Shown piece after piece: positions 38,657 through 49,825 of a stretch of 64,000 bases of DNA. The DNA comes from a candidate division FCPU426 bacterium. GTDB taxonomy: Bacteria; Oederibacteriota; Muellerivitia; Muellerivitales; Muellerivitaceae. Location of the stretch: contig CAVYSE010000009.1 of assembly GCA_963771075.1 (NCBI GenBank), positions 1 to 64,000 on the forward strand, read 5' to 3'. Both the position numbers and the translations under genes were made by a program. A model generated the notes under the pieces. The model was not told where the DNA came from. It saw only the letters and a list, made by a program, of their open reading frames with translations, and made no database searches. Within the stretch, counting starts at the first letter, position 1, and every line of letters starts with the position of its first letter.

Positions 38657-39312
38657 GACCCTAAGGCCACCTTTTCCAAAACCTCAATAATTCGAGGAAA
38701 AGAGATTTCAAAAATTTCCTCGCATGAAACACGTTTTAATAATCCTTTCTTTTCATAGAAGGATATCAAAGGCTCAGTGTCTTTTTTATATACCATCAAC
38801 CTATTTTCAATGGTCTCAGGTTTATCATCTGTTCGTTGAATCAGCTCTTTACCGCACTTGTCACAAATCCCCTCGAGCAGAGGTTTCATCGTTTCCACGT
38901 TATAGGTCGCACCACAAGCAGGGCAAACCCTTCTTCCTGTTAACCGGCGAATGAGAACTTGATGGCTTACTTCTATTTTTAAAACACCATCCAGTTTTAT
39001 TTTCATTTCTTTAAGCATACCTTCAAGACTCTCGGCCTGAGGGACAGTGCGCGGAAAACCATCTAGAATAAAACCGGAATGGGCATCTTCTTTTTTTATG
39101 CGTTCACGGATTAATTCTATGACAACGGAATCAGGAACTAATTCACCTCGCTTCATGAATTCCTGGGCCTTCAAGCCTAATTCTATTCCCGCCTTGATCG
39201 CTGAACGGAGCATGTCGCCAGTCGAAATTTGAGGAATGGAGTATTTTTTCACCAATGCAGAAGAGTAAGTTCCCTTCCCCGCACCCGGTTCGCCTAAAAG
39301 GATAATTCGCAT
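38653..39312 (-). CDS. adk: Adenylate kinase
   Basis: GEPGAGKGT, STGDMLR, LDGFPRT, zinc lid. Confidence 0.97.
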   Translation of the reverse strand: MRIILLGEPGAGKGTYSSALVKKYSIPQISTGDMLRSAIKAGIELGLKAQEFMKRGELVPDSVVIELIRERIKKEDAHSGFILDGFPRTVPQAESLEGMLKEMKIKLDGVLKIEVSHQVLIRRLTGRRVCPACGATYNVETMKPLLEGICDKCGKELIQRTDDKPETIENRLMVYKKDTEPLISFYEKKGLLKRVSCEEIFEISFPRIIEVLEKVALGS

Positions 39313-40652
39313 TAGAACGCGCTCCGTCCTTTTAGTCGACCCTTTTTCATAAAACCGTCGTAATGCCGCATTAATAAATGAGATTCAATTTGCTTCATGG
39401 TATCCAAAGCGACTCCGACAATGATCAAAAGGGACGTCCCGCCGAAATAAATTGGAATATTCAAGTTTCTAACGAACAAGTCAGGGAATACTGCCACGGC
39501 ACAAACCGCCAATGCGCCCCAAATGGTAATACGGGTCAACGTTCGATCAATAAATTCGGCGGTTTGCTGACCAGGTCTAATCCCGGGTATAAAACCGCCG
39601 TATTTTTTCATGTTTTCCGCAAGATCCGTCGGATTGAAGGCAATAGCGGTGTAAAAGTAACAAAAGAAAACAATTAATAGGGAATAAAGGCCGTAATAAA
39701 TGAGGGCCCCTGGCGCTAAATTTCTTGTAACAAAATCCATCAATTCATAAGCCCAACTTTGTTCCAACCCTCTTTCCGATAGAACACCTTGAACATATTT
39801 GGCAATCTGAGAAGGAAATACCAAAATTGAAGAAGCAAAAATAACTGCGATAACTCCAGAATAGTCTACTTTTAATGGCAATTGAGTTGATTGTCCTTTA
39901 AATACTTGTCGTCCCACAACACGAGTTGCGTATTGAACCGGAATTTTCCTCGCACCTTGTTGCAAAATTACAATGAAGGCAATGGTGGCCACAGTGAAAG
40001 CAATGAAAAATAGGACGGCTAATAAATTAACGGATCCAATTCGGACCAGTCGAAATGTATCCCGTAATTGACCGGGTAAGCCCGCCACAATTCCAGCGAA
40101 AATGATCAGTGAAATTCCGTTTCCAACGCCGTATTCCGTAATTTGTTCCCCCAACCACATGATGAAAATCGTGCCAGTGGTCAAGGCTAAGACCGTCATC
40201 AATTGAAAACCGATTCCCCAATGGTAAACAGCGTTATCTCCGAAGGATTTCAATAGATAAGTGGTTCCCGTTCCTTGAATGATACAAAGGCCTACCGTGC
40301 CAATGCGGGTGTATTGGGTGATCTTTCTACGCCCCGTCTCCCCTTCTTTCGATAGTTTTTCCAAGGTTGGAATCACCGCAGTTAAGAGTTGAAGGATAAT
40401 GGACATGCTAATATAAGGCATAACACCTAATGCGAAGACGGATGATTGTTTTAAAGCTCCGCCGGAGAACAGGTTTAAAAATCCCAATATCCCTCCCCCT
40501 TGGCCTGAAAAATACTGGTTTAGAAATAAAATATTGATGCCAGGAATGGGGATATGAATGCCAATGCGGTAAACCAAGAGGATTAAAAAGGTAAAGATAA
40601 CCCTATTTTTTAATTCTGGTACCCGGAAAATATTTGCGAAGGCCGAAAACAC
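39312..40652 (-). CDS. secY: Preprotein translocase SecY
   Basis: FALGVMPYI, GNGISLIIF, IPGIRPG, GGTSLLIIV. Confidence 0.97.
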   Translation of the reverse strand: MFSAFANIFRVPELKNRVIFTFLILLVYRIGIHIPIPGINILFLNQYFSGQGGGILGFLNLFSGGALKQSSVFALGVMPYISMSIILQLLTAVIPTLEKLSKEGETGRRKITQYTRIGTVGLCIIQGTGTTYLLKSFGDNAVYHWGIGFQLMTVLALTTGTIFIMWLGEQITEYGVGNGISLIIFAGIVAGLPGQLRDTFRLVRIGSVNLLAVLFFIAFTVATIAFIVILQQGARKIPVQYATRVVGRQVFKGQSTQLPLKVDYSGVIAVIFASSILVFPSQIAKYVQGVLSERGLEQSWAYELMDFVTRNLAPGALIYYGLYSLLIVFFCYFYTAIAFNPTDLAENMKKYGGFIPGIRPGQQTAEFIDRTLTRITIWGALAVCAVAVFPDLFVRNLNIPIYFGGTSLLIIVGVALDTMKQIESHLLMRHYDGFMKKGRLKGRSAF

Positions 40653-41090
40653 TTACAGGACCTCCGTGCTTCCGCCAGCCGACTTGATTTTATCAATTGC
40701 GGATTTACTAAACGCATTGGCCTTGACCGTAAGAGATACCTTACATTCTCCTTCGCCCAAAACCTTTACCAGATCACCTGTCTTTATAAGGCCCTTTTCT
40801 TTTAGTTGCAAAGGACCCACCATTGTTCCAGTGGGAAATATTGAAAGTGCTCCCACATTCACCACTTCATATTTGATTTTATCTAAACTCTTAAAACCAC
40901 GAATAGGAAGACGACGGTAAATCGGGGTTTGTCCACCTTCAAAACCAGGCCGTACACCCCCGCCGGTTCTGGAATTTTGACCTTTACTTCCGCGGGTCGC
41001 CGTTTTTCCATGACCCGAACCTGGACCCTTTCCAACAATTTTTTTTCGTTTAACTGAACCCTTTTTAGGTTTCAATTCTGAGATTTTCAT
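40653..41090 (-). CDS. rplO: 50S ribosomal protein L15
   Basis: GSGHGKT, FEGGQTP. Confidence 0.96.
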   Translation of the reverse strand: MKISELKPKKGSVKRKKIVGKGPGSGHGKTATRGSKGQNSRTGGGVRPGFEGGQTPIYRRLPIRGFKSLDKIKYEVVNVGALSIFPTGTMVGPLQLKEKGLIKTGDLVKVLGEGECKVSLTVKANAFSKSAIDKIKSAGGSTEVL

Positions 41091-41102
41091 TCCTAAGCCT
41101 TT

Positions 41103-41279
41103 TTATTTTTGAATTTGGATTAAATAATCAATTTTGGACAACATACCCCGGATGACTGGGGTATCGGGCTTAATTACCGTTTGACGAATTTTCCTTAATC
41201 CCAAAGCCTCTGCAATACGCACATGCTGGGGGTGACGGCCATTAAGACTCTTCGTAAGTTTTATTTTAAGTTCAGTCAT
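41103..41279 (-). CDS. rpmD: 50S ribosomal protein L30 (not in ORF track)
   Basis: [15 protein letters not shown]...[21 protein letters not shown]; lies between rpsE and rplO. Confidence 0.94.
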   Translation of the reverse strand: MTELKIKLTKSLNGRHPQHVRIAEALGLRKIRQTVIKPDTPVIRGMLSKIDYLIQIQK

Positions 41280-41788
41280 GATTTCACCGGACCCGTAAGA
41301 CTTTCGACGGTTTTACCCCGGAGAACCGCAACCATTTCGGGAGAACGGATCTCACTTAGTCCCTTTAAAGCAGCTTGAACCACGTTAAACACGTTATCCG
41401 ACTGAATAGATTTGGTTAACACATCATGAATTCCGGCCAGTTCACAAACAGCTCGGACACCACCACCAGCAATGATTCCCGTTCCCGGAGCAGCCGGTTT
41501 GAGCAAAACCCGAGATGCTTTAAATACTCCGATCACTTCGTGATAAATCGTCACGCCTTTCAATGGCACTTGGATTAAATTTTTCTTGGCGTCGTCAACC
41601 GCCTTTCGGATCGCGTCAGGAACCTCACTTGCTTTTCCCGTTCCGATCCCGACAAAACCATGCCCGTCACCCACCACCACTAAAACGGAAAAGCTAAACC
41701 GCCGACCCCCCTTGACCACTTTGGCCACGCGGTTGATATGTACTACTTTTTCTTTTAAATCAAGTTTGGAAGAATCAATTCGAGCCAT
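41276..41788 (-). CDS. rpsE: 30S ribosomal protein S5
   Basis: [25 protein letters not shown]. Confidence 0.97.
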   Translation of the reverse strand: MARIDSSKLDLKEKVVHINRVAKVVKGGRRFSFSVLVVVGDGHGFVGIGTGKASEVPDAIRKAVDDAKKNLIQVPLKGVTIYHEVIGVFKASRVLLKPAAPGTGIIAGGGVRAVCELAGIHDVLTKSIQSDNVFNVVQAALKGLSEIRSPEMVAVLRGKTVESLTGPVKS

Positions 41789-41800
41789 GGTATTCCTTCT

Positions 41801-42166
41801 TTAAAATTTAAGGCCGTTCGCACGAGCGGCTTCTGCCAAGGCTTTGATCCGGCCATGATAGATGTAACCACCCCTATCAAACACGACTTGAGTGATGGAT
41901 TTTTCCTTAGCTAATTTGGCGATTTCTTCCCCCACCGCTTTTGCCGCTTGCAAATTACCACCGTTTTTTAATTGGCTTCTCATTTGGTGGTCAAAGCTTG
42001 CCGCCGCCGCCAAAGTAACTCCCTTTGAATCATCAACTATTTGCGCCGTGATATTTTTAGCGCCACGGTGCACCACCAAACGGGGACGCTCAGAAGATCC
42101 AGATACCTTTTTCCGAATCCGCTCGTGACGATGACTACGCTTATGATGTTGTAATTGCGACTGCAT
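41801..42166 (-). CDS. rplR: 50S ribosomal protein L18
   Basis: [24 protein letters not shown]. Confidence 0.97.
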   Translation of the reverse strand: MQSQLQHHKRSHRHERIRKKVSGSSERPRLVVHRGAKNITAQIVDDSKGVTLAAAASFDHQMRSQLKNGGNLQAAKAVGEEIAKLAKEKSITQVVFDRGGYIYHGRIKALAEAARANGLKF

Positions 42167-42178
42167 TCAGTAACTCCT

Positions 42179-42748
42179 CTATTTAGCGCCGGCTTTTCCA
42201 GTCGCGCCGGTTTTTCCTACCTTTTTACGGACTCGTTCTCCCAAATATCGTATTCCTGTTCCTTTATAGACTTCAGGTGGTTTCACCCTTCGTATTTTTG
42301 AGGCGGTTTCACCTACCAGATATTTATTAATACCTTTAACCGTCAAAAGGGTTTGCTTTTCAATGTCAACGACGATCCCTTTGGGTAAATCCATCACTAC
42401 CGGATGGCTAAATCCCAGAGTCATGGTCAACTTGCCCTTTTCCAAGGCCGCCCTATAGCCCACACCTTGAATTTCAAGTTTTTTCTCAAACCCGGTTGAT
42501 ACGCCTATAACCATATTTTTTATGAGTGCGTGGATTAACCCGTGTTGGGCCCCGGCTTCTCGAGTGTTTCCTAAGGGCCCTTCAATGATCGAGACTTTTA
42601 ATTGTTTATCCTGTGTTTCCACCTTCAAGCTCGGAAGAATTTCCTGTGTTAAGGTTCCCTTCGGGCCTTCCACGGTCACTAATTTTCCATCAACCTTTAC
42701 CTTCACTCCGGGCGGCAGATCCATCGGTTTTTTGGCGATACGGGCCAT
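42179..42748 (-). CDS. rplF: 50S ribosomal protein L6
   Basis: GPKGTL, GVGYRA, LGFSHP, PEVYKGTGIRY. Confidence 0.97.
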   Translation of the reverse strand: MARIAKKPMDLPPGVKVKVDGKLVTVEGPKGTLTQEILPSLKVETQDKQLKVSIIEGPLGNTREAGAQHGLIHALIKNMVIGVSTGFEKKLEIQGVGYRAALEKGKLTMTLGFSHPVVMDLPKGIVVDIEKQTLLTVKGINKYLVGETASKIRRVKPPEVYKGTGIRYLGERVRKKVGKTGATGKAGAK

Positions 42749-42779
42749 GACTTCTCCTAATTATTCAACTTAAACGTCA

Positions 42780-43181
42780 TCAATGAATGAGGCACAAAAC
42801 TTCACCGCCCACACCCTGCTGACGGGCTTGCTGATCCGTTAATAGCCCTTTCGAGGTGGAAATGATCGCGATACCCAAGCCACCAATGACTTTAGGTACG
42901 GTTGATTTTCCAGTGTAATGGCGACGGCCAGAACGGCTAATCCGATCGATTTTTGTAATAACTCTCTCTCTCTTATCACCATATTTCATGGAAATACGGA
43001 TTACGGAGGCTTTGCCTTTTTCTTCAACCACCTTGTAATTCTTGATGAAACCTTCTTCCGACAGTATTCTTGCGATTTCCAACTTTAACTTAGAGAAAGG
43101 GATATCCACTTTCTCTTTATACATGTGGTTCGCATTACGAATCCGGGTCAACATGTCCGCGATAGGGTCCGACATTGCCAT
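42780..43181 (-). CDS. rpsH: 30S ribosomal protein S8
   Basis: [25 protein letters not shown]. Confidence 0.97.
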   Translation of the reverse strand: MAMSDPIADMLTRIRNANHMYKEKVDIPFSKLKLEIARILSEEGFIKNYKVVEEKGKASVIRISMKYGDKRERVITKIDRISRSGRRHYTGKSTVPKVIGGLGIAIISTSKGLLTDQQARQQGVGGEVLCLIH

Positions 43182-43194
43182 TTTATTTCTCCTG

Positions 43195-43380
43195 TTACCA
43201 GCTTGCCTTAACCACGCCGGGAATTTTTCCCTCACCAGCGAGATTTCGGAAACATATACGACACATCCCGAATTTTCTAATGTAAGCCCTTGGGCGGCCA
43301 CAAAGATTACAACGGGTATAAGCCCTAACCTTAAATTTAGGTTTTTTCTTTTGTTTGTTAATCAAGCACTTTTTTGCCAT
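43195..43380 (-). CDS. rpsN: 30S ribosomal protein S14 (zinc-binding type Z)
   Basis: RCNLCGRP...CRICFR, 61 aa. Confidence 0.97.
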   Translation of the reverse strand: MAKKCLINKQKKKPKFKVRAYTRCNLCGRPRAYIRKFGMCRICFRNLAGEGKIPGVVKASW

Positions 43381-43388
43381 TGAATCTC

Positions 43389-43949
43389 CTAGTTCCTAAA
43401 GGGCATGCCCAAAAGCCTCAACAATTCTTTAGCTTTTTCGTCATCCTTAGCGGAAGTCGCAAAGGTAATATCCATTCCATGAATGGATTGAACGTTATCA
43501 AAATTGATTTCAGGGAAAATGATCTGTTCTTTTAACCCCAATGTGTAATTTCCCCTACCGTCAAAGGATCGAGTGGGAACTCCCCGGAAATCTCGGATTC
43601 GGGGTAACGCCACCATGAATAATCTTTCCATGAATTGGTACATACGATCCCCTCGAAGGGTAACCTTCGCCCCCAATGGCTGGTTGGCACGCAGTTTAAA
43701 ATTAGAAATTGCCTTTTTGGAGCGCGTTACCGATGGCTTTTGCCCACTAATCAACGCGAGTTCATCAACCGCCATGTCCAACAACTTGATGTTATTTTCC
43801 GAAGCCGCCTTACCAACACAAACGTTGATGACAATCTTATCAACTTTAGGAACCTGCATTATGTTACCGATTCCAAATTTACTCATCAAAGCGGGAACAA
43901 CTTCCTTAAAGTATTTTTCTTTTAGTATCGTGCTAGTTACCGTAGCCAT
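43389..43949 (-). CDS. rplE: 50S ribosomal protein L5
   Basis: [21 protein letters not shown]. Confidence 0.97.
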   Translation of the reverse strand: MATVTSTILKEKYFKEVVPALMSKFGIGNIMQVPKVDKIVINVCVGKAASENNIKLLDMAVDELALISGQKPSVTRSKKAISNFKLRANQPLGAKVTLRGDRMYQFMERLFMVALPRIRDFRGVPTRSFDGRGNYTLGLKEQIIFPEINFDNVQSIHGMDITFATSAKDDEKAKELLRLLGMPFRN

Positions 43950-43951
43950 CG

Positions 43952-44272
43952 TTACTTTTCCTTATCCAGTATTTCACCGCATTTTTTACAGGAACGTACT
44001 TTTTGCCCGTTTGCAAGGATCTTATGGGCTATTCGTGTCGCCTTTGTGCACTTTGTGCAGATGATTTGGAGATTGGAAATGTGAATAGGAGCTTCTTTTT
44101 CCAAAATCCCTCCTTGAGGGAGTTGTTGATTCGGCCGAGTATGCCGTTTGACTAAATTTATTTTTTCAACCAAGGCTGTTTCGGTTTTTGGAAATAATCG
44201 TATGACCCGACCTTTTTTACCTCGGTCCTTGCCCGTAAGAACCATTACCGTGTCTTCCCGATGAACATGCAT
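43952..44272 (-). CDS. rplX: 50S ribosomal protein L24
   Basis: [16 protein letters not shown]. Confidence 0.96.
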   Translation of the reverse strand: MHVHREDTVMVLTGKDRGKKGRVIRLFPKTETALVEKINLVKRHTRPNQQLPQGGILEKEAPIHISNLQIICTKCTKATRIAHKILANGQKVRSCKKCGEILDKEK

Positions 44273-44275
44273 GGC

Positions 44276-44644
44276 TTAAAGAACCTCCGGGGCTAAAGAA
44301 ATAATTTTCATGAAATTCTTTTCACGCAACTCACGAGTCACCGGGCCAAAAATGCGGGTACCCCGAGGAGCCATCTGGTCATTAATAATGACCGCAGCAT
44401 TTTCATCAAAACGAATATTCGACCCATCTGGACGGGCAAACACCCTCTTTTGACGAACCACAACCGCTTTCACCACTTCACTCTTTTTAACACCCGCTCC
44501 AGGAATCGCTTCCTTAACGGCCGCCACGATGATATCGCCAATGGCCGCATAACGACGGCGGGTTCCGCCCAGAACGTGAATACACATAATCTTGGTCGCA
44601 CCACTGTTATCGGCCACATTGAGCATGGTTTGAGGCATGATCAT
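44276..44644 (-). CDS. rplN: 50S ribosomal protein L14
   Basis: [22 protein letters not shown]. Confidence 0.98.
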   Translation of the reverse strand: MIMPQTMLNVADNSGATKIMCIHVLGGTRRRYAAIGDIIVAAVKEAIPGAGVKKSEVVKAVVVRQKRVFARPDGSNIRFDENAAVIINDQMAPRGTRIFGPVTRELREKNFMKIISLAPEVL

Positions 44645-44928
44645 ATTTTGGCCTCCTCGATTTCGACCGCTTTTTTAACAATCTTCAAAAGTCGCCAATG
44701 TTTATCAGCGCTAATTGGCCTGGTTTCCACGATCAAAACCACATCCCCTTTTTTTGTTTCATTTTTGGGGTCGTGTATTTTAAATTTGCTCCGACGTCTA
44801 ATCAACTTCTGGTAAAGGGGATGTTTGACAACCCTCTCGATGGAAACCACCGCAGTCTTGTCCATTTTCCGGCTTAATACAACAGCCGTTTTAACTCGAT
44901 TTTCTTTTCGCTTCGCTTCCATCGTCAT
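44641..44928 (-). CDS. rpsQ: 30S ribosomal protein S17
   Basis: KMDKT, HPLY, ETRPIS. Confidence 0.95.
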   Translation of the reverse strand: MTMEAKRKENRVKTAVVLSRKMDKTAVVSIERVVKHPLYQKLIRRRSKFKIHDPKNETKKGDVVLIVETRPISADKHWRLLKIVKKAVEIEEAKI

Positions 44929-44945
44929 TCTTTAACCTTCCTTTT

Positions 44946-45149
44946 TCAGGCTTTTGGACCTTTTTCTTTTTCGTGAAGGATCGATTTCAAACGGGCCACT
45001 TGCCGCCGGGCTTCTCGGATCTTCATTGGATTTTCCAATTGTTTGGTCGACAACTGAATTTTTAAATTAAAAAGCTCTTCTTCCTTGTTAATGATTTGTT
45101 GTTTCAATTGTTCCAAGTTCAAATCGCGAATTTCATTTTGTTTCATCAA
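44946..45149 (-). CDS. rpmC: 50S ribosomal protein L29
   Basis: ELFNLK...[17 protein letters not shown]; operon position. Confidence 0.93.
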   Translation of the reverse strand: MMKQNEIRDLNLEQLKQQIINKEEELFNLKIQLSTKQLENPMKIREARRQVARLKSILHEKEKGPKA

Positions 45150-45565
45150 GCGCCTCCCTGTGTACGGGAAATATACTTGGTTTTAACCGGAAGTTTATGG
45201 GAAGCTAGAACGAATGCTTCCTTGGCGATTGGTTCAGGACAGCCACTCACCTCAAAAAGTATCCGGCCAGGTTTTACAACGGCCGCCCAATGATCCGGAG
45301 CGCCCTTTCCCCCGCCCATGCGGACTTCGGCTGGTTTTCTCGTGATAGGTTTATCTGGGAATATTCGAACCCAAAGTTTGCCCACACGCTTCATATGCCT
45401 ATTAATCGCAACCCGAGCAGCCTCGATCTGGCGGTCCGTAACATAACTCGCTTCCAAGGATTTCAACCCATATTCGCCAAAAGCGAAGGCAGCCCCATTT
45501 TTGGTTTTCCCTCGCATGCGACCCTTCATGGTTTTGCGGTACTTGACACGCTTTGGCATTAACAT
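45146..45565 (-). CDS. rplP: 50S ribosomal protein L16
   Basis: [18 protein letters not shown]. Confidence 0.98.
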   Translation of the reverse strand: MLMPKRVKYRKTMKGRMRGKTKNGAAFAFGEYGLKSLEASYVTDRQIEAARVAINRHMKRVGKLWVRIFPDKPITRKPAEVRMGGGKGAPDHWAAVVKPGRILFEVSGCPEPIAKEAFVLASHKLPVKTKYISRTQGGA

Positions 45566-45581
45566 TTCTATTTCCTCTTCT

Positions 45582-46319
45582 TTAAACCCTGGTCTGGGGT
45601 TTTTGTGTTTTCAGATCGGGTTGACGACGTTCTCGATGGGGTGGCCTGATTTTAGGAGCCGGCGTTTCCTCCACCATTTTGTCCTTGGCGCCGAATATTT
45701 CTTTCTTAAATACCCAGCATTTGATTCCAATAATTCCATACGTCGTCGTGGCAACCGCAACACCAAAATCAATGTCCGCTCTAAGAGTATGAAGTGGAAC
45801 CCGACCCTCGCGGTACCACTCGGTCCTTGCAATTTCAGCTCCAGCGAGGCGTCCCGAACACATGATTTTAATGCCCTTGGCTCCGCCATCCAAAGCGCTT
45901 TGAATACACTTTTTCATGGCCCGACGAAAAGCGACCCTTTTCTCCAATTGACCTGCGACATTTTCTGCAATAAGAGTAGCGTTTGTTTCAGGATGCTTTT
46001 CCTCGTTAATATTTATTCGCACATCCTTCTTGGTGAACTTTTGGAGTTCCTCTTTCAGCTTATCGACTTCCGAACCCTTTTTCCCAATTACAATCCCTGG
46101 CCGTGATGCGAAAATATCAACTTCCACCGTTTCACCCTTGCGTTTTAATACAACTTTGGCGATACCGGCATGCTTAAGGCGTTCTTTTACAAACTTACGA
46201 ATTTCAATGTCCTCTAGTAAAGTTTGTGTGTAAGTGGCTTTACGCGCGTTGAACCATAAGGATTCCCAATCGCGGATAATTCCAACCCTTAATCCAATAG
46301 GGTTAATTTTTTGTCCCAA
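45582..46319 (-). CDS. rpsC: 30S ribosomal protein S3
   Basis: [34 protein letters not shown] start. Confidence 0.97.
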   Translation of the reverse strand: MGQKINPIGLRVGIIRDWESLWFNARKATYTQTLLEDIEIRKFVKERLKHAGIAKVVLKRKGETVEVDIFASRPGIVIGKKGSEVDKLKEELQKFTKKDVRININEEKHPETNATLIAENVAGQLEKRVAFRRAMKKCIQSALDGGAKGIKIMCSGRLAGAEIARTEWYREGRVPLHTLRADIDFGVAVATTTYGIIGIKCWVFKKEIFGAKDKMVEETPAPKIRPPHRERRQPDLKTQKPQTRV

Positions 46320-46351
46320 AAGATCCTCCAAGCATTTTTGTTAAAAGTTTT

Positions 46352-46699
46352 TTATTTCCCCTCATCTGAAACAACCACTTTGATGTGGCTGGTACGGTGA
46401 TGAAGAGCACTGGCTCGACCCATTGCCCTCGGTATAAATCTTTTTGTATTTTTCATCATGGGACCGCCATCCACTTGGATGGAAAGAATACGGAGCTTTT
46501 CCAGGTCGACACGAGAATTTTGTCCGGCATTGGCCATCGCCGCCTTTAATATCTTCGATAATTCACCGGCCGCTCTTTTTTTAGTAAATGCTAAAATATT
46601 TAATGCTTCCACGACCGGTTTACGACGAATTAAACCTACTACTTGTCTAGCTTTCCGGGGGGTAACCCGGGTATATCGGGAAACGGCTTGTGCTTGCAT
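46352..46699 (-). CDS. rplV: 50S ribosomal protein L22
   Basis: TPRKARQV, PRAMGRA, RTSHI. Confidence 0.96.
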   Translation of the reverse strand: MQAQAVSRYTRVTPRKARQVVGLIRRKPVVEALNILAFTKKRAAGELSKILKAAMANAGQNSRVDLEKLRILSIQVDGGPMMKNTKRFIPRAMGRASALHHRTSHIKVVVSDEGK

Positions 46700-46712
46700 G
46701 TTTTCTCCTGGA

Positions 46713-47000
46713 TTACTTCAAAGCCACGGCTTTTTCACTCTTCACCTGTCCATGGCTTTTAAAAGTACGGGTTGGGGCGAATTCGCCCAATTTGTGGCCA
46801 ACCATATTTTCTGTAATGAAAACTGGAATAAATTTTTTTCCATTATGAATCGCAAAGGTATGTCCCACCATTTCGGGATGAACAGAACACCGCCGAACAT
46901 AGGTTTTAATGACCTTTTTTTCGTTTCCCCTGTTCATCTTTTGAATCACATTCAAAAGCTTGGCATCAACATAGGGTCCTTTTTTAAGAGATCGACTCAT
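46713..47000 (-). CDS. rpsS: 30S ribosomal protein S19
   Basis: [22 protein letters not shown]. Confidence 0.98.
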   Translation of the reverse strand: MSRSLKKGPYVDAKLLNVIQKMNRGNEKKVIKTYVRRCSVHPEMVGHTFAIHNGKKFIPVFITENMVGHKLGEFAPTRTFKSHGQVKSEKAVALK

Positions 47001-47035
47001 TTTTACGTATCCTTTGCCCTTTCCGGATCCAACCG

Positions 47036-47860
47036 CTATTTACGACGTTTAACAATAAATTTATCAGTGAGTTTGTTTTGACGAGTCTTATAACCCTTCG
47101 TTGGTTTTCCCCACGGGGTTGTAGGGTGGCGACCACCTGACGATTTTCCTTCACCACCACCCATCGGATGACCATCACCTGGCCGGGTTACCACACCACG
47201 GGATTGGGGGCGGACTCCCATCCAACGCATGCGACCCGCTTTTCCAATAGTTACATTATTGTGATCCAAATTTCCAACCTGGCCGACTGAGGCCATGCAT
47301 TCAACGTGAATCAGCCTCATTTCCCCCGAGGGCAATTTAATGGTCGCGAACTCACCTTCCCGGGCCATGAGTTGAGCCACCGCCCCAGCGGAACGAACCA
47401 GCTGGCCACCCTTTCCAGGACGCATTTCAATGTTGTGAATCAGAGAACCCAGAGGTATATCTTTAAGTTTCATCGCATGCCCAGGCTTAACGTCAGCCCC
47501 AGGGCCGGAAAGAACTTGATCGTCAACCTTCAAACCATCCGGGGCTAAGATGTAACGCTTATCCCCATCAAGATATTGAAGTAACGCGATTCGCGAGGAG
47601 CGGTTAGGATCATATTCCACCGATATTACCTTTGCTGTCATACCGGGTTTATCCCTTTTCAAATCGATAATGCGGAATTGACGTTTATGGCCCGCACCCT
47701 GATGTCGACTCGTGATGCGGCCATGCATGTTTCGACCGCCTTTGCCTTTGAGGGGTCTTACGAGAGATTTTTCGGGTGCTTTTTTTGTTAAATTTTCACC
47801 TGTGAGAGCGGTCATGCCGCGGCGACCTGGTGATGTTGGTTTGTAGGCTTTAATCCCCAT
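47036..47860 (-). CDS. rplB: 50S ribosomal protein L2
   Basis: [29 protein letters not shown]. Confidence 0.96.
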   Translation of the reverse strand: MGIKAYKPTSPGRRGMTALTGENLTKKAPEKSLVRPLKGKGGRNMHGRITSRHQGAGHKRQFRIIDLKRDKPGMTAKVISVEYDPNRSSRIALLQYLDGDKRYILAPDGLKVDDQVLSGPGADVKPGHAMKLKDIPLGSLIHNIEMRPGKGGQLVRSAGAVAQLMAREGEFATIKLPSGEMRLIHVECMASVGQVGNLDHNNVTIGKAGRMRWMGVRPQSRGVVTRPGDGHPMGGGEGKSSGGRHPTTPWGKPTKGYKTRQNKLTDKFIVKRRK

Positions 47861-47862
47861 GG

Positions 47863-48159
47863 TTACGCTCCCTCGAAAAATTCTAGTTTTTGACCAGGTT
47901 TCAAGGTCACGATTGCTTTTTTCCAACGATAACCTTTTGATAAAAAGCGTCCGAAACGCCGGACTTTAGAGGGCACCTTCGCCGTGTTGACCTTTAACAC
48001 TTCCACTTTTTCCTTCTTAAAAATGAGCTCAACTGCGTTCTTAATCTCTTGTTTGGTGGCGTTGGGATGAACTTCAAATGAATATTTTCCTTTTTCCTTC
48101 ATTTGGGTACTGCGTTCGGTCACCAATGGGCGAACGATAACTTCTTGGATATTTTTCAT
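47863..48159 (-). CDS. rplW: 50S ribosomal protein L23
   Basis: [22 protein letters not shown]. Confidence 0.95.
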   Translation of the reverse strand: MKNIQEVIVRPLVTERSTQMKEKGKYSFEVHPNATKQEIKNAVELIFKKEKVEVLKVNTAKVPSKVRRFGRFLSKGYRWKKAIVTLKPGQKLEFFEGA

Positions 48160-48806
48160 TAAACCGTCTCCTTCGCCGATGCGGGGCTCGGGGTTCCTAA
48201 TTGCTTAAGAGTTTCCTGAGTTAACACCAAAACCTCATGATTCACGATTTCATAGGTATTCAGGTTTTCCTTAAACAGCACCTTGGCCAACGGAAGATTT
48301 CGAAAGCTTTTGATGGTCGGAACATGATTATGGTCCAGGACCAAAAGACATTTTTTCCCTTCCAATCCCAACCCCTTCAAAAAGGTCAGTGCTTGCTTTG
48401 TTTTCGGACTCTCAAAAAGTATTTTTTCCACAACAAATATTTTCCCCTGTTGAGCTTTGTCCGAAAGGGATTCCGCCAGAGCCTGTCTTCTCATTTTTTT
48501 GGGAAGGTCTTTAGAGTAATCACGGGGTTTGGGTCCATGGGCAATACCCCCACCGACAAACTGAACCGCACGTATGGAGCCTTGACGGGCATTTCCGGTT
48601 CCCTTCTGCTTAAAAGGTTTTTTTCCACCGCCCGAGACTTCACCTTTACGCTTCGTTTTGACAGTTCCAAGGCGTTGATTCGATAAATGGGTCGTCACAC
48701 TGCGCCAAAGATGATGTTCTCTAGGTTTTAAGCCAAACACCGATTCGGGTAGTTCCACTTGCCCTGTGGATTGGCCGCTGACATTGTAAACATTCGCTTT
48801 AAGCAT
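48159..48806 (-). CDS. rplD: 50S ribosomal protein L4
   Basis: VSGGGKKPFKQKGTGNARQGS. Confidence 0.97.
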   Translation of the reverse strand: MLKANVYNVSGQSTGQVELPESVFGLKPREHHLWRSVTTHLSNQRLGTVKTKRKGEVSGGGKKPFKQKGTGNARQGSIRAVQFVGGGIAHGPKPRDYSKDLPKKMRRQALAESLSDKAQQGKIFVVEKILFESPKTKQALTFLKGLGLEGKKCLLVLDHNHVPTIKSFRNLPLAKVLFKENLNTYEIVNHEVLVLTQETLKQLGTPSPASAKETV

Positions 48807-49461
48807 TGGATTTCACCTTATGTTGCTTCTTCACACTGGGGCGAACCGTAACAAGTCCACCATCCGCACCCGGTACAGCTCCCTGGACGAAAAGAAGATT
48901 ATTATCAAAATCAACCTTGATCACCCGAAGGTTCAGGATAGTGTTTTTATCTGTTCCCATATGGCCCGGCATCCGAGAACCAGGATAAACACGCGAAGGG
49001 TCCGAAGAAGCTCCGATCCCGCCAGGAGCCCGATGAAACATACTTCCGTGGGAATTTCTACCCCCTTTGAATCCATGCCGACGCACTCCGCCTTGAAAGC
49101 CCTTCCCTTTTGTAACACCTGTCACATCCACCCAGTGAACATCCTTGTATATCTCAACAGTCAGAGACTGCCCCACTTGAAAAGGCGAAACATCTTTCAC
49201 CCGAATTTCCTGCAAAACCGCCTTGGGAGTCGCGCCCGATTTTTTGAAATGGGCCTGAAGCGCTTTGGTGGTGTGCTTTTCTTTCTTCTCACCGTAGCCA
49301 AGTTGGAGTGCGTTATAGCCCTCTTTTTCCTGGCTTTTCTTTTGAATCACGACACAGGGACCCACTTCCAGCACCGTTACGTGAGACGCCTTGCCGTTTT
49401 CTTCAAAAAAAGTGGTTTGACCTAGCTTTTTTCCTAACAAAGGTTGGACATTATCGCTCAT
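48799..49461 (-). CDS. rplC: 50S ribosomal protein L3
   Basis: LGKKLG, KGKGFQG, HRAPG, MPGHMG. Confidence 0.97.
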   Translation of the reverse strand: MSDNVQPLLGKKLGQTTFFEENGKASHVTVLEVGPCVVIQKKSQEKEGYNALQLGYGEKKEKHTTKALQAHFKKSGATPKAVLQEIRVKDVSPFQVGQSLTVEIYKDVHWVDVTGVTKGKGFQGGVRRHGFKGGRNSHGSMFHRAPGGIGASSDPSRVYPGSRMPGHMGTDKNTILNLRVIKVDFDNNLLFVQGAVPGADGGLVTVRPSVKKQHKVKSNA

Positions 49462-49471
49462 AGGTCTTTCC

Positions 49472-49789
49472 TCACAACTTGATCTCGACATCAACCCCAG
49501 CGGGTAAGTCGAGTTTCATCAGGGAATCAATCGTCCGCTGGTTCGGATTCACGATATCCACCAACCGCTTATGGGTTCGAATCTCGAATTGCTCCCGGGA
49601 TTTCTTATCCACATGGGGGCTCCGAAGAACCGTATAACGGTTGATTTCGGTAGGCAGAGGCACTGGCCCTAGAACGATAGCGCCCGTGCGTCGCACCGTT
49701 TCGATAATTTCAACCGTTGACCGGTCGAGTAAACGATGGTCATAGGCTTTTAACTTGATACGGATTTTTTGACTCGTGGCCGTGGCCAT
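49472..49789 (-). CDS. rpsJ: 30S ribosomal protein S10
   Basis: [24 protein letters not shown]. Confidence 0.98.
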   Translation of the reverse strand: MATATSQKIRIKLKAYDHRLLDRSTVEIIETVRRTGAIVLGPVPLPTEINRYTVLRSPHVDKKSREQFEIRTHKRLVDIVNPNQRTIDSLMKLDLPAGVDVEIKL

Positions 49790-49825
49790 TCTTCCCCTGC
49801 CTTTTCTTAAGTGTTCTTTTGAATG

